Shown here: piece after piece, positions 1-13,830 of the stretch
Position numbering within the stretch: the first letter of the stretch is position 1
Layout: the number at the start of each line of letters is the position of its first letter
Notes under the pieces: model-generated
Told to the model about the DNA's origin: nothing
The model's input: the letters and a program-made list of their open reading frames with translations, nothing else
Databases searched by the model: none
NCBI GenBank assembly: GCA_030704615.1
Contig: CM060733.1
Coordinates: 69,936,001-70,000,000 of the forward strand
Direction: 5' to 3'
DNA: 64,000 nt
From: Takakia lepidozioides
Lineage: Eukaryota; Plantae; Bryophyta
Program-made: the position numbers and the translations under genes

Positions 1-284
1 ATAGATTTTTAGCAGAGTCCCAAAAACAAAAACCAAATCTAGATAGGTAGATTTCCCCTTTCTGTAGGTCCCTGCGCAAGTTTTGGGTCCAACGGCCTTG
101 GTAGGCCAAAGTTATGGCCAAACAGGCTCTATCTAATTGAAATTAGATCAAATAACGATTTTTTTTAAAAAAAAATACTTGTCTTGGTTCCTGTTCCCTG
201 GTTATCTACGGGTTCCCGAGGCCATTCCCTCGCTGTGAGCACACTGCCCATTTCCGAGCGCACTCCACAGCAGCAGTCTTCCGT

Positions 285-305
285 GAGAGAGAGAGAGAGA
301 GAGAG
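285..305. repeat. (GA)n microsatellite
   Basis: About 10 uninterrupted GA units. Confidence 0.9.
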
Positions 306-1789
306 CGGGAACAACAACAGCACAGGGCATCACCGCGTCCTTGGCATCAGCGGCATGGGGGCATCTCCTATTTGAGGTATTCAAATTGACCTAACCCTGA
401 TCTTCACAAACCGCAGTCCATCAGCGTTGGTTGTCAACAGAACCTGATCAATCATGCCACTTTCACTGTGGCGCAAGCATGTGCTCTGGTCACGCTTGGT
501 GTAGCGTTGTGCTTGACTGGCATTGTCATCCTCCACATGTTCATATCATGCCTGCGATCACCACCCAAGTCGACCCCAACCAGTATTGACAGTGAGTGCA
601 ACTCGGTTGTTCTCCACACGCTCCATCATGCCTGCGATCAGCTTCCACACAAGGTGGTCCATTTCCGATGCCTGACCTCCGCCCTCAATGTAGATGATAT
701 GACTCTTAACTCCCCAAATGTATGGGCCTGAGCAGCTCTCCAGCTATCCATTTCACTCCAGGCACTTTGTATTCATCCTAGGGACTAGTGCAGATATCAG
801 CATTCACAGCTTGCCAGCCCCTCCCTTGCGAACTGCGTTATCAACTCATGCCAGCGCTGCTCCATACTGCACGGTAGAGCTTTCTTGTGAAGGATCTTGA
901 AATAAACCTGGCAGGTTTGAATCTTTCTTACAGTAGTCACATTGTAACAGAGCCATCAAGCAACAAATTGCAGTGGCAGTCGTTTACTGGATCCTCGCAA
1001 CAACCTTCCTTGCATGATTCTTTACCTAGTTGGTTCACATTAGCAAATGAATCAACATCTTCATCTCGTCAAGTGGTTGGAATGCCTGAGCGGTCACTGC
1101 CCATCAATCAAACTCAGACGGAGGTTTGCTTGGTCTGCAAGGACACTATTTGTCAGTAGGTGTTTGCCCCAAACAGCCAGAGCTACAGCAGGTCTGCACA
1201 CCCAGCCCGCAGGTGGAGCAAGACTGCAAGATATTTGGGTTCACGTTGACAAACAAGCGGACATGGCCAGTCTCCAGTCCCCAGATCACTCAAGGTGAGG
1301 ATTTTGAAAGCTCAGGGCATTGCCCAGTGGCAGAAATAGCTAAGCCTTCTACCTATGGCAGCTTGGGGACAAGAGCATCACTTGTCATGGTTGAGCTTAA
1401 CGGGATCACACCACCACCTCAAGGGCCCAGCGAGTGCTGCCGCGGTCGGTTTCCTTGCATGTGATAGTATCGCGCAGCTGGTGGGTGCACTAAAGATTTC
1501 AATGAAAGAGCACAGAAAGCAACACTTGAGGCTTTGTTCCTACTACGTCAAGCCTCCAATCTGCCGAGGTGGGAAAAGCAAGCATGGCAGCGGCAGAAGC
1601 CATCCCTATGCTGCAACTGTTGATGAGGACATGCCCCCCACGCTTTCAGAACAAGGCAGACAGCCTGCTGCAGTGCCTGCCCAGGAGGAGAATATTGTTG
1701 GTTTTGAACAGAACACTTCGAGTGGTTCCTGCCTTCCTGTTATGCTCCACTAGGCACACATAGCCAGTCTACCTACAGGCTCTCGTAAC

Positions 1790-2147
1790 CAAGCTATATT
1801 ATAATAGTGCTTAAAAACAGGAACGTCACATCTAGCTTAGCATATCGCTATCACTCTTTAAAATAGAAGTCGAGCCAGGGGCACCCCAAGCTATGGGGAC
1901 TCCACCCCACAACAACCTACACTCCCATCATAAGCACACTCAGATCTAAACGCATGAAGGAGCTCAGTCGCGCAGGCTCAACTCGAGAGAGATGAGCTGC
2001 GCGACTGTCGCTCTCGTGAAGATAAGGCGGTTCAGGTGTCAAACTAAACTTGACACCTGACTTAACACTTGACCTAAATCCAAGTGTTAAATACAAATAA
2101 CTAGCTTTATTCTAGTTGTTTTCACACTGTGCTTATATAACTTGACA
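1790..2147 (-). mobile_element. Hairpin-rich LTR-like fragment related to the putative 3' LTR of the DNMT-Gypsy element
   Basis: 2087-2147 matches 38422-38482 at 59/61 nt. Four consecutive hairpins lie at 1966-2120. The left boundary is uncertain. Confidence 0.5.
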
Positions 2148-3091
2148 ACCTCTTTCTTATTTGCCTCTTTCTTGTTTGTTGTTTGTTGTTTTTCAGCCTC
2201 AACTTCATGTTTGTTTTTTCATACTACTTACCTTGCTAGATTCAAATGTGAACATCTGTGTTGCAGAATCGAACATGGTTGGTTGGGTATGGAGCAGCTG
2301 AATAGGATTGATGGAGGTTGGAGAGTCCAAGATGGTTGTATACCGGCCAGCTCATAATGCATGCACTTATAGGGATTTCTTTTCGACCTAGCATGGTATT
2401 TTACTCGTCCTACACAACGGTCTCTTCTCATGTTCCCTGCCCCTGCAGTTTAGGGTCCCCTTCCTCTCATGAGTTGTCTCCCTCCCTGAATCCGTTACTT
2501 GCAAACCCCCAAACATCCAATCCCTCCCGAGTTTTTGCTCCCCCACTGTCTGGTCCCCCCCGCCGCTCCCCCTGTCTTCGCTGCCCACGTGTCACCTCCC
2601 TGACCATAGAATTGCCATGCAAGTCATATCCAGTACTCTCCGCACATGTCAGCTCCCCTCTACTAACATCCCCCCACGTGTCTGGTCCCCTTACTTTGAT
2701 CCCCATGTTCTGGGAGGGGCTAGGGGTTCGCTCCCCCTTCACATCTCCCCATGCCTGCTCCCCCTTATGACCGCCCAGATCTCCCCACGTGTCGACATCA
2801 CTGATCCCCACTTTTGGGTGTGTTGACACGTGTCCATCGACTGATCCCCTACTCCCCCATGTGCCCGCTCCCCTAGCTACACTGCACGTGCGGCATGTCT
2901 TCCTCACGAAGCGGCTCTTCGGTGGCGGCTCTTCGATGTGGTTTTTCAGCTGCTCTACTCATATCCTCTTTGCTATCTATGTTGTGTGTTTTCCTTTTGT
3001 TCGTTGCAATCCGTGTGCTCTTCCTTGTTTTCTTTGGCTTCTGTTCCTTGCTTTTTATTTTCTGTATTTCGGCGTCGTGTGCTCGTTGCTG

Positions 3092-4418
3092 ATGGCGAAG
3101 ACTAGGCCTAAGGTTGTTCCCCCTGAGGATGGTATGCTGGTTTTTTGGCACAAGCCTAAGAAAGGGGACGAGGTTCCTTTCTGGTATACGCCAACTGAGT
3201 GGGAGGAGATGATAGTGGAGGCAGAGGCGGACCTCAGAGTTCGTGATGGCGCAAAACAAAGGAATCCCTATAAGTGCAAGTTTTGTGGGCGGCCCATGAA
3301 GGATAAGGTTAGGTGTTGAATAGGCATGTCATTGATGGGGAGGGTTGTCGTTGGTTGAACATGGTGGATGGTTGGGACAAGGTTTAGTTGCCACTAAAAC
3401 CCTGGCCCGCTGCCGAGTTCCCAAAGCAGGTTACTAATTTTGTGGAGAGGTTGAGAGGGTGTACAAACCCCGAAGCGCGGCGCATACCAGGAGACGACGT
3501 GTCCCCTACTGATCAGCAGCAGCAACCCAAAGGAGTGAGAAAACGGAAGCCTGATGCGCCTGCACCGTCACAAGTGCCCGCCCCTCACAAGTGGAGTAGC
3601 CGTAGTGGGTCCGACACCGATTTTGAGCGCACCAAACCAAAGAAGGGGGCAAAAAAAGGTTAAGATTGTTACTACTTTAACCTCCGCCCGTGAGAGACAA
3701 GCCAAAGTGCGGCCTGAACTCGCTGTCACTTCGAGTAGAAAGCCAAAGAAAAGTATCCCTACAGCCATGAGCAGCCCAGCAGCAGCAGAAATGGGGGGAT
3801 CGGACATGGGGGGATCCGTCTCAAAGTCAGGGGGGCCAGTCCGGAAAACAGCGAAAGGCACGCAGATGTGGGGGAGCAGACTCATCAGGACGAGGGGGAG
3901 CAGCCTGGGAGCTCGGGGCCTCTTGCAGGGGATGGGGCCATGGACATCGACCATGACACACCACACCCGATCACTCCTGCTGGAACATTTATACTCCTGC
4001 AACATGGATTTCTCCCTTCCAATTTTGCTGACCAGAATGATGAAAGATTATGGGATGCATTTGAGTGGAGGGTTTGCAAAGCGCCGCCAGATGGCTTCAC
4101 AGAACAAGTTTGCTTCACCCCCCAATCTCCTTTTGAGTGTCCGGCCATCTGCTCCCCCCAATAGTTTCCCAGGATTGTCCCCGGGTTTGTAAATGCTCAT
4201 TCTGTGTTTGCATTTTTGCCTGCAGATCAATGCTTCCGCGGGAGAAAATTGCGGAAATCAGTGCGGGCATGGAGCACCTGCGAAGACGGCATTCCCCTGT
4301 GCTCTATCCATTGGGCTGGAGTTGGAAGATTTTGAGAGTTACCTTGTGGGAAAGATGAGAGTACTCTATCGTAACACCCCCCTGTCCGGTGAATGTTGTT
4401 CAGCCCCTCCCCCCCCCC

Positions 4419-4460
<42 letters not shown>

Positions 4461-7400
4461 TGCTGCAAACAGGTCTGCTCGCCCATATCAGGTCCCCCCA
4501 TGTCATGTCCCCCTTGCACCGTTCCCCGCTCTGTTGCTCCCCCCTCATCTGTAGATCTCCAGTTTGATATTGTTGAACTATTGCTGGAGGAGCAGGACGT
4601 TCGACGTCTGCTTCGTGAATTCCCTCTCCTAAGAACTGCCGAAGAATCTGATGCCATTGTCACCTGGCTGAAACGTCAATGTCCAGCCCAACTGCCTCTG
4701 GTCCCTGTTCCCCTCCAAGTTTTTTCTACCATGGACCCTCGACCCCTTGTTTCACACTTATATCCTTTGGCCGATTTAAGACATGACATCTGCCCCAGTC
4801 ATATCATGATGCTTTTTGCACCGCAGACTGCTCACAAACTGCCCTACCATGGATTTGGACTCTTCTTGCATGGAGGTTGGCGGACGTTTGGGAATTTTCA
4901 GAATCAGGAGACTATGTTGAAAAAAGTGCTCCTGGCAGAGGGTCAGCTTAGATATGGTACAATGCAGGACAAAATGCAGATCGTCGACTCCTACCGAGCA
5001 TTTCTTCGCATGGTGCGTGCCTGAGCGTTTCATGAATTTGCAGCAACAGAAACCGCCCACTTCCAAGTTTTGTGGTGCAAGGGCAACGATGCCAAAGGGA
5101 TACGACGTGCAGTGCGGGCCTGGGAGGATCTATTGTTTAGGCGGGAGCACATTGATTTGGGACACTACGTGCATCTTTTGAGTAAGTGCATGCTTTGCCT
5201 CTCCAACAGTCTGTCATTGTGAAGATCAGAATTGGAATAGATAAATGGGGGAGCAGACTTTACAGTCAGGGATCGGGTGATCAGGGGATCACGGGGGTCA
5301 AAGCTAAAATACAAGTGCTTGTCTCTGTGATAGGTGAGGCTGAGGCAGCTGATGTTGGAGTTCAAAATGCCATGGAGGAGGTCTTACGAGCAAACATGGT
5401 GTTGTTGGCGAGAAGACATGAACTATACGACCGACGAGTGTCACCATATGCCCCTCACCTTTCCCACATCGACGTGGACGCCTTCAATTCATCGCAGTTG
5501 TCCCACCATGCATTGCAGATGGCGTCGCCAACACCCTCATAGGTTGAAGACCTTCAAGCGCCACATACAGAGACTTTTCAAGTGGAATCTCCGACGGCAG
5601 GTTTCTACACACCCATTGCGGAAGTTGATGTCAATCCCATCCCCTCTCATACTGTTCTGCCTCACAGTCTTCTTTTAGACTCCCCAAGGGAATCATCCGC
5701 TGCCCTCGCTGTCTCTGTTGCCCCCGCCTCTTCTCCCCTTCCTATCTCTGATCGCTCCCAAGGAGCGGCCCCCTCTCTCTGCTATCCTCTCTGTCTTGCT
5801 GCCCCATCATGTGATGTCCCCGCCGCTGCTCCCCTTCAAATCTGTGAACCCGCACCAGGTGCTACCCTCCTCTCCGCCCCCCCCCCCCCCTCGTGTCTGC
5901 CGCCCTCTCTGCCACTCCTCCCCAACCATGTGATCCCCCGCCTCTGCACTTCTTCCATTATCTGCTCCCCCAGAAGTGTCTACCCTCGTCTCACCGCATG
6001 CTATCCCATCGGACTCATCTCCCTCCTCGCATGAGTTTTCTTTTTGTGCTCCCCCCTCATCTGGTACTGCTTTAGTGTGTATCACTGCTCCCTCCCTTTC
6101 TGGTCTCCCTTTAGCCTTGGCAGCCCCCACCTCTACTCCCGAGGTTTTGTCTGCGCCCCCAGATCTATCTTCTACGAAGCATGCATCCGTGTGTGACCCT
6201 GGTCCCCCCCTGTCTGCCCCTGACTTCCACTCTTCTTCCCCCACATTTGTCTCTCTCTCGCATGCTACTGTGACTCCCTCTGGTCCCCCCCCTCAGTGCT
6301 CCATCACCCGAGGTGTCATCCCCCAACGTTGTTCCCGATGTCATGCCTGCTCCCCTCCATATATATGCTCTGTCGCGGGCTGCTGTGTCTCTCTGTGGTC
6401 CTTCACTCTCTGCCCTTGTCCAATCACCTCTTTCAACTCATCCCGAGTCTGTGTACTTCCCACGTGGAGAGGGAGGATGTGCCAAGAATGGTGGATCCAA
6501 CTACCAAGTCCAGCAGATTTGCAGCTGTTTCCAGTCCTCTGCCGACGACACATGTTGAGGTTATTTCAACGTTGGTGACCCCTCAACGCCAGTCATTGGC
6601 AGGGAACACTGAATTGGCAACGGAGGGGTTTGTTCCGCCCATGTCAGTTTAGCCAGGTGCACTCCCGTATCATAGTCTAGTCTCCCCCACAGCAGAGCGC
6701 TTACTCCAGCCCCCTGGTACTGCTCCCATCGCTTCCACAGATCCTTGGAATATTGAATTGGGGGTCACCCTGGCTCCACATTCACACGGGACCTGCCGCC
6801 TATGGTTTCTGCTCCAACCCCCCTGCACATGGGTTTGACCTCCGGCAAACCATCATCTGGCCCAGTAGCAGGTCGAACACGGCATAGGGTTGCTGCAAAA
6901 ACTTCGAGACGCCAATTGAACCTGTAGGGCATGGAGCAGGTGGATCAGAAAGAAACAAAGGATAAGGGGAAGGAGAAGGAACGCATGAAGGGCAAGGGGG
7001 AGCAGACCGGAGAGGGGATTGGCAAGGGGAAGCAAAGACCCCCGAAGGATGAGGGGAGCCGAAGCGTGCGCAAAAAATACGGGTGACGATGCGGGGGAGG
7101 GAGGAGAACCGTGCAGCTAAGGGGGAAAGTAAAGCTATCACCAGAACAGGGAAGAAACGGAAGGCAAAAAATCGGCCAGAAGTCACTAAGTAAGTGGGCC
7201 AGGGCTTCCAACGACCAAGGGGGGACCAAATTCATGGTGAGTACATTCAGCAGGGCTTACACGCATGATAGGGGGATGATTTGGTTGCTTGAAAACACCC
7301 TTAACAGTTAATTGCCTGCCTGTCTGACTACGATAACTTGTGTACAATGCAGAAACCAGAATAGACTGAGGGAAAAGCTCCCAGAGGACAAGGGCTGCCT

Positions 7401-8165
7401 TGTTTTCTCCCTGGAGGAGAGTAATCGTTGCTGGTGGGCTGTGATGGACACACTGATATGGACGGCTTTGGACGCATCATCGAAGGACAACCTTCACAAG
7501 ATTTCCAAAGGGCTTGTAAATGATTGGGTAACTGAGAAGTGCCTAGGGAAGGATCCAGATAAGGTTCAGACATGGTTCATCCCCTTATGCTCTGGGTACG
7601 TCCCTCAATCCTCCTATTTTGCAGCTTTGACCGACTTTGATTTGATTTGGAGAATGGAAAGCATTAGTGGTGTCTGGCTTCAAACACATGTGCATTCTGT
7701 AGGGGCCATTGGAGTTTGATGGTTTTTGATAAGTCCAAGTTTGTTCATCTGAACTCCATGACATCATTCAAATCCCATAGCCGACTTGCCTTTGAAACGC
7801 GTCTTCGCACTTTTAGAGCATACCTGCACAAAGCCGAACCGGACTCGGTACTTTGGAATGAAATAATGGCATGGGAGTGGCTGGAACCTGAGGTGCCACA
7901 ACAACCAAGCGGCTGGGAGTGTGGCTACTTTGTAATGACTTTCATACAGAAATACTTGGAGACCAAAATCACAAAAAAATGGGGGGCAACTTTTACAGCA
8001 GATTGGTTTACATGTGAGTATGTAGTATCAAAGCAGGGTTTTCTTTGTGGATGGATAGTGGATAATTGGGATGATGCAGATTTCCAGCATAGACTGTCAC
8101 ATGTGCATGCCTCGGATGCTGAGGATGTAGCTATTGTATCTCCATTCCCCACGAAAAAAAAATGA
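3092..8165 (+). pseudogene. Multi-exon TE-type gene ending in a Ulp1/C48 (SUMO protease-like) domain; disrupted
   Basis: Removing GT-AG intron 7596-7702 gives WFIPLCSGGHWSLMVFD...HLNSM...VPQQPSGWECGYFV, containing the catalytic His, Gln and Cys (the usual Asp reads Asn). There is an in-frame stop at 7309-7311. Linkage of the upstream exons (from MAKTRPK at 3092) is inferred. Confidence 0.7.
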
Positions 8166-8219
8166 AGCTTGTCCTCCTCTTTGTAATCCCTTTGTGCCTT
8201 CTTTGGTGTCCACTATGCT

Positions 8220-8600
8220 GTGAAGGGGATGAAGGGGTGAGGGGATCCTTGAGGTGGATCAGACAACCAGGGATGAGGGGGGTTCAGGGGGATCAGGGCA
8301 TCAGGGGGCTTAGGTTCAGGGCCGGATCAGGGGATCGGGGGATCAGGGGGGATCAGGGGTTCAAGGGGGATCAGGTTAGGACGGTCGGGGGATGAGGGAA
8401 AACAAGGATTGTATAAGGGGTTAGCAGAGATCGGGGAAGCAGGGGAACGGGTGGGGACAACAGAGGATCAAAGAACTAGGGGAACAGGCCGGGAGATGAG
8501 GGGATCATGGCGGGAATGTCGGGAGCTCGACGGGGGATGAAGGGACCACGGGGTGAGGGGATGAGGGACGGCAAGTTTCGAATCGGGGGATCGGGGGATT
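8220..8600 (+). repeat. G-rich GGGGAT(C/G)A low-complexity repeat, probably a TE subterminal region
   Basis: Many GGGGATCAG/GGGGATGAG units. Similar units occur at 5265-5300 and 9220-9420, and complementary C-rich GATCCCC/CCCCACGTGTC sequence at 2440-2890. Confidence 0.75.
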
Positions 8601-10457
8601 ACTGGTGAAAAGTCGCGTGTGAAGGGGCAAGTTCTGAAAGGTCATGTCCGTGTTTTGCACTATGAAAGGTCACGTCCCTTGCATGTACGAGTGGTGCATA
8701 AGCATGCAACAAAAACTGAAAATAAACCCCAAAGCAAAATCTGAAATTTGCCCAACAATGGCAGAGAGCCCAGAAACTTTTGCTTTAGTCCAAGACAGTG
8801 TCATTTGCTCTCTACAAGGGACGATGATACTGAAGCATCGGTTTTATGGTGCACTGCCTTGCAAATGCAATGGTATCCTCCTTTTCAAATGGAGAACTTT
8901 GAACTGGTGGCTTCACGTTGGAAGCGAATGCATAATGGTTATGAGACAGAATGGCTTTCAAAACCACATATACGGTGTCCCATATGTTATATACACTATG
9001 GGAATCCAAATGGTTCCCACCGAGGTCACCACAAATGTCTCTCATACCATTGTGAATCGCACAAAACATCATGGGTCACTGAACACAAGGCGCTAGCTTC
9101 AATAATTGCCCCGCCGAATGACAGCCGCACTGCCTTGTTGAGCGAACTCTTTGGGTGATACATGGGGGAGCATTGCACGGTGAAGGGGACCGGGCATATA
9201 AGTCCATTGCAAAGCCGCAAGGGATGGGGGGATGAGGGGGAGCAGTGAATGGGAAGGGGATCACAGGGAGCTGAGCACAACCTCGGGAAACAGCGGTGTG
9301 AGCGGGCCAGCTGTGATGAGAAGGGAGATGAAGGGGATCAGGGAACCTCTGCCATTCCAGGGGAGCAGAGGCCGAAGCACTACACGAAGAGGGGGATGAT
9401 GGGAGGAGGGGAGCAGTGTGCTTGCAATGCAAAAAAGGTGGCAGGGAACGCACTAGAGATTGGTGGCAACCGTTTTTCAGTATTGGAATTCAGGATTGTT
9501 AATTTAAAGGCTAAACATAAAAGTGGGCGGTAATTTGTGTTTTGAACATCACTGCAAATGCATGCATACAGACTCAATTGCAATAAAGATCATCCACATC
9601 TCCTTCATTCCATTATGAATCACAAAACACATGCGTCACTGAACATAGCTTCAACCATTTTGAATAATGAGAAATTGTTTGATACCAAATGCTTCGTTGA
9701 GAATGCAATCTCAGTGAGATCATCAATCTGAATGGGAGCACGAGAGCATAAACCTGCTTGTTCTCAACCCTTCAATCTGGGACGCTACTACGTCCAAAGG
9801 AGGCCCAAAGACGCATGTAGAACATCACACTAGGCACAACGGAACTAAGTAGTTTTGGTAATAAAATTGACATATGGCTCTGTAAGAGTTTTAGCATCAG
9901 CTTCCAAAATGTGCCGGTTCAGAAGCCAGTCGTTATACTCTGAACTACCTGCAGAGCTCAATTAAAAGGTTGTTCAAGAAGTGAGACACATCCATTCCTG
10001 CCTCAAGATAGTAGTTTAAACCACCCAAGACTAGCAAGTCAGCTCCCTTTCAGATTTACATAACATGTGTCAAGATGGTCCTCAGGTGGACCTTTCTGAT
10101 AATGGTAGGAAGCTGTTGACTCCTTCCACTGTTGTGGTGTGCCAAGGAGTGTGGTCTAGTCAACTTTGTCTGTGGTGAGAATGATTGATGTAGATGGTGT
10201 TTAATTGAGGGTGGCTCAGGAGATGCATGGGTGGGTACGAGTGCAGGACAAAAAAAGGAGCACCTACGAGTATTGCTGTTGCGTGTGGAGGCAACCTTAG
10301 GTGGTCTTGGATCATGCTTACCTGATTTTTTCCCTGTTGTTGGTAAGCCCAACGGTGGTGGGGGCTGCAGGTGCACCTGTGGCCAGTCCAACATTGCGGG
10401 AGGAGACTGCTAATACCATTCACCAAGCCTGCGAGTAATGCTGCCTCTTCTTTCCGA

Positions 10458-10543
10458 CAAAAGGTAGTTGGTAGTTGCTCATTCTTATCACATGCCAGAA
10501 ATGCCTCAATCACCAGCGCCCGCTCAAATCCCATTGCCTCCAG
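10458..10543 (-). pseudogene. RAD23: RAD23 last exon (UBA2), frameshifted
   Basis: After an AG acceptor the frame reads LEAMGFERALVIEAFLACDKNEQL. The expected NYLL follows out of frame. Confidence 0.85.
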
Positions 10544-11799
10544 CTGTTAAGGCAAACAACGCATCACCTAAAACTTCTAATGCATCCTGTGATTCCTAAA
10601 AATCACCTTCCTTCGAAGTCCACTTCCATATGCAATAGGTGCATGTCTCCAGAAGAAGAAGAAGAAGAAGAAGAATTAGACTCCGGCTTGAACCGGCGTA
10701 ACTACATGTCTCCACTGTGATACTCAGTACCTCTAGTATATTACTGAGCTGAGATTGCAAACATAATAAGACAGCGTCGCTAGTAGTGCGGAGCAACGCG
10801 AAGCCCTAGTTCTAGCAACGACCGAAGGTTGGAAGCTAGTTTAGCGTAGAGCAGGAATAAGGTGCCATAGTGCCACGTCATCGCCGCCACGTTTCATAGA
10901 CACGTCATCATAGACACATCATCATAGCCACGTCATCGTCGTCGTGAATTTCTTTGGAACCTACCCGAAATGCCCGAAAATGTCTTTGCAGCGCATGTAT
11001 ATGATACTCTACACCTGCATCTTTGTCCTCGGATGCTTCTTCCGACGAGTCCGAATCCATAAAAATCCACCAAGAAACTCCATTTGCAGAAAATGCAAGG
11101 CTATCACCGATGGCTTCGTCGAAATGCGAAAAACAAAGCAACCGAGGGGACTCAAGCCTGTCGTCGTCAGATTCCACTGGCGCGCTGCTAGTTTCCCCTA
11201 CAACATTGTTCGTCTTTGTAGCCACACCATCGTTGGGAATTTGCCACAGCTGAGGGGACGGAGGCCTTTCGCTTTCCGATTGCTGCACGGGATCATTGTT
11301 GGTTCCTACATCATTGTTCATAGTGGAGGGTCACCACTGTTTGTAAATCCCCGAAATGGTGTAGTCTATCCCGACTTCACCTTCACCGCCAAAGCAAATG
11401 GTCCACGGGAATGAAAAACCACACGTGCCTTTAATCTCCACGCCATCGCTTTCCTGTCGGGCCACCGCTCGTTCAAAAAATGGTTTTTTTATTCATATGA
11501 GTGCCTATTCCCGCGGCCCAATTCCCCACGACCTATTTCCGCGATGGAAATTCCGGCATCCTGTAATCGGCACCGACTATATATGTTCGGCAACTGCCGA
11601 ACCTATCATATCGAATCCGAACCTAACGTTTACCCACCAGTATGTTCACGCACAAGCACTTTTTTGCATGAAAAGCGGGCGAATTGTACATTTTTTTAAA
11701 GTCCAAAATCAGGGAATATTCTCTGGAATATGCTCTACCCATGCTAAAATCCGCTCATGCTCATGCTCACCGCTCATGCAACATCCGCACCCCGTCTCA

Positions 11800-13830
11800 G
11801 GCTGTTGTGACTGATGAGATCGAAGGGTTTGACAAGCCAGCTGGCCATCAGTTTGCAGGAAAGGTGCAATCTAGAGCTAAAAAAAGGACGGCCATAATGA
11901 GGGGCAAAAATATTTCAAAACAATGGAGCGCCAAGCACAGCCGAAAAGAAGTGATTGCTGGGAAAGAGAAGAGAACTTCCTGGATGATGGGGAGTGGCAG
12001 CTGGACATCCAGCTAAGGTGATGAGCAATATTGGCAAGGGGAGGCCTTTGAGAGCAAGCTGCCAGAGGTTAATATGGTGCAAACGCGGGCTGCAAGAAAG
12101 AGCAGTGAACAAAAACAGCTTCATGAGGAAAGGGGAGAGCAACTTGAGTAGCCAACAAAAGAGGGAAGCTGGCAGGGAAAGGAGTATTCCCTGGATAGTG
12201 AAATCACCCAAGGAAGTAAGGGCGATGCTGAAGGGGATGATTCTGAAGAAGCTGAGTGGGATGAGCTGCAGGCAGAGGCGGGCATAAGTCAGCATGGAGG
12301 CAACAGTGAGCAAGTGACAGAAGGGCTGCAAATGGACCTGTTGCAACTCGTAGTGCTATCAAAAGGTGATCGAACATGTATCATACGGAGAGTGCACTAT
12401 GACATGGATCATTTTGGGATTCAAAGTATGCAAGGGAGGAACTCTGCTGAACTTTTCTGGTGTAATCAAACAGCAGAAATGACAGGGAAAACACATGTGT
12501 ATGTGGGGTGTCAATTGGCGAAATCACAGGGATATTGAGGTCGGAAGAAACGAGGCTGAGAGATGTACCACTGCACTCAGTAACGACAAAATGCGGAGGA
12601 GAAGAGAAACTGCCATCTGTGTCTATCTATGGACATTGGACACAAGAGAAAGGATGTTGGGCGCACACAAAAACGCGTGAAGAGAAATGGAAGGAAGGAA
12701 GCTTGACTCACCAAGAGCTCGAGAGAGGTGCTCAACCAGCCAAAATTGCAGGGCCATTGGGGTCGAGAGGAGCCTGTCTGAGAAATGCACCAGTACGCGG
12801 GTTGTTTCCGTGCCAAGTAGCCCTGAACACAACACAATCATTCCTACGCACCAAAACAGGCAATCCACATGTGATAGTCACCATCGATTGCTTTTCAAGA
12901 TGGGTGAAGGTAAAACTCATGCATGAAGACAATGACAAGAAGGATGCACAACTCCTAGAAGCTGGGAAATTCACGTGTAGATATGAAGTTATGAGCTATA
13001 TGTTGAGAGATCAGGAGAGCAAGTGGCGCAGAGAGTTCAAACTGACAAATGAACGAATTGGCATAAGGCGGAGGTACTGGGCGCTACATTACCCACACTA
13101 CAAATACGTAACCGGAAGATTGAGGCAGAGAATAATTGCAATTCGTGGAAAAAACCAAAAGGTCGATGGAACAAAGACCAGCATGAGGAGCTGTTTGGGT
13201 ACCGAGTGGGAGTGATGAACCTGTCTCCAAACGAGATGCTCACGGGCAAGGATCTGCAGATGAGTTTCGACAATGATTTGGACAACATCATAGAATTTGT
13301 GTGGCTGAACAATGAGGAGCAGTCAATGTGTGCACTCATGGAACAGAAAGTGGCTGACATTCGAGAATTGGAAGCACCACTACATAAGAACATGAAGGCC
13401 GCACGAGAATTCCAGCGTAGAAACTACGCCAACCGTCATGCGAACAACAAATTCAGTCAACACCTGCAGGATCAAAGCTATGTGATGATGTCGAAGCCCG
13501 AGAAGAGCCACGAGATGCAAAAAGGATTGTATCTGCTGGAGGGATACAAAATTGACAAATCCACAAGTAACGATGAATGCGGCCAGGTCTGTACGATGCT
13601 AAGTGAAGCTGGAAGGCGGTGGACACTGTCACGAAGGGAGCTGAAGGGAGTGTGCAGGATGAAGACTTCAGCGTACATTGAAGATGCCCCCGAGGACGGA
13701 GACAGCCAAGGAACGGAGTGCAAAGTGTGGGTAAAAGACATGGGTTGGCAGGATTTTCAGACAAAGGATATGGTCGGAGTGTGCCTGTCGGAATGCAGAG
13801 CAGGATGGATGAAATGGAGGACGAAGTAGG
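11800..13830 (+). mobile_element. Highly degenerate Ty3/Gypsy integrase remnant
   Basis: Zn-binding-like VHYDMDHFGI...FW...VGCQ and core-like HVIVTIDCFSRWV...RDQESKWRREF...GIRRRYWALHYPH. Many frameshifts. Confidence 0.65.

Noticed and set aside
440-1760. Coding gene in overlapping plus-strand ORFs
   Set aside because: No recognisable motif; left unannotated.
4366-4663. Poly-Pro and poly-Gly ORFs
   Set aside because: They come from a poly-C tract (~4406-4458), probably intronic and of unreliable length.
8162-8395. Collagen-like protein (GDQGIRG)
   Set aside because: By-product of the GGGGATCAG DNA repeat.
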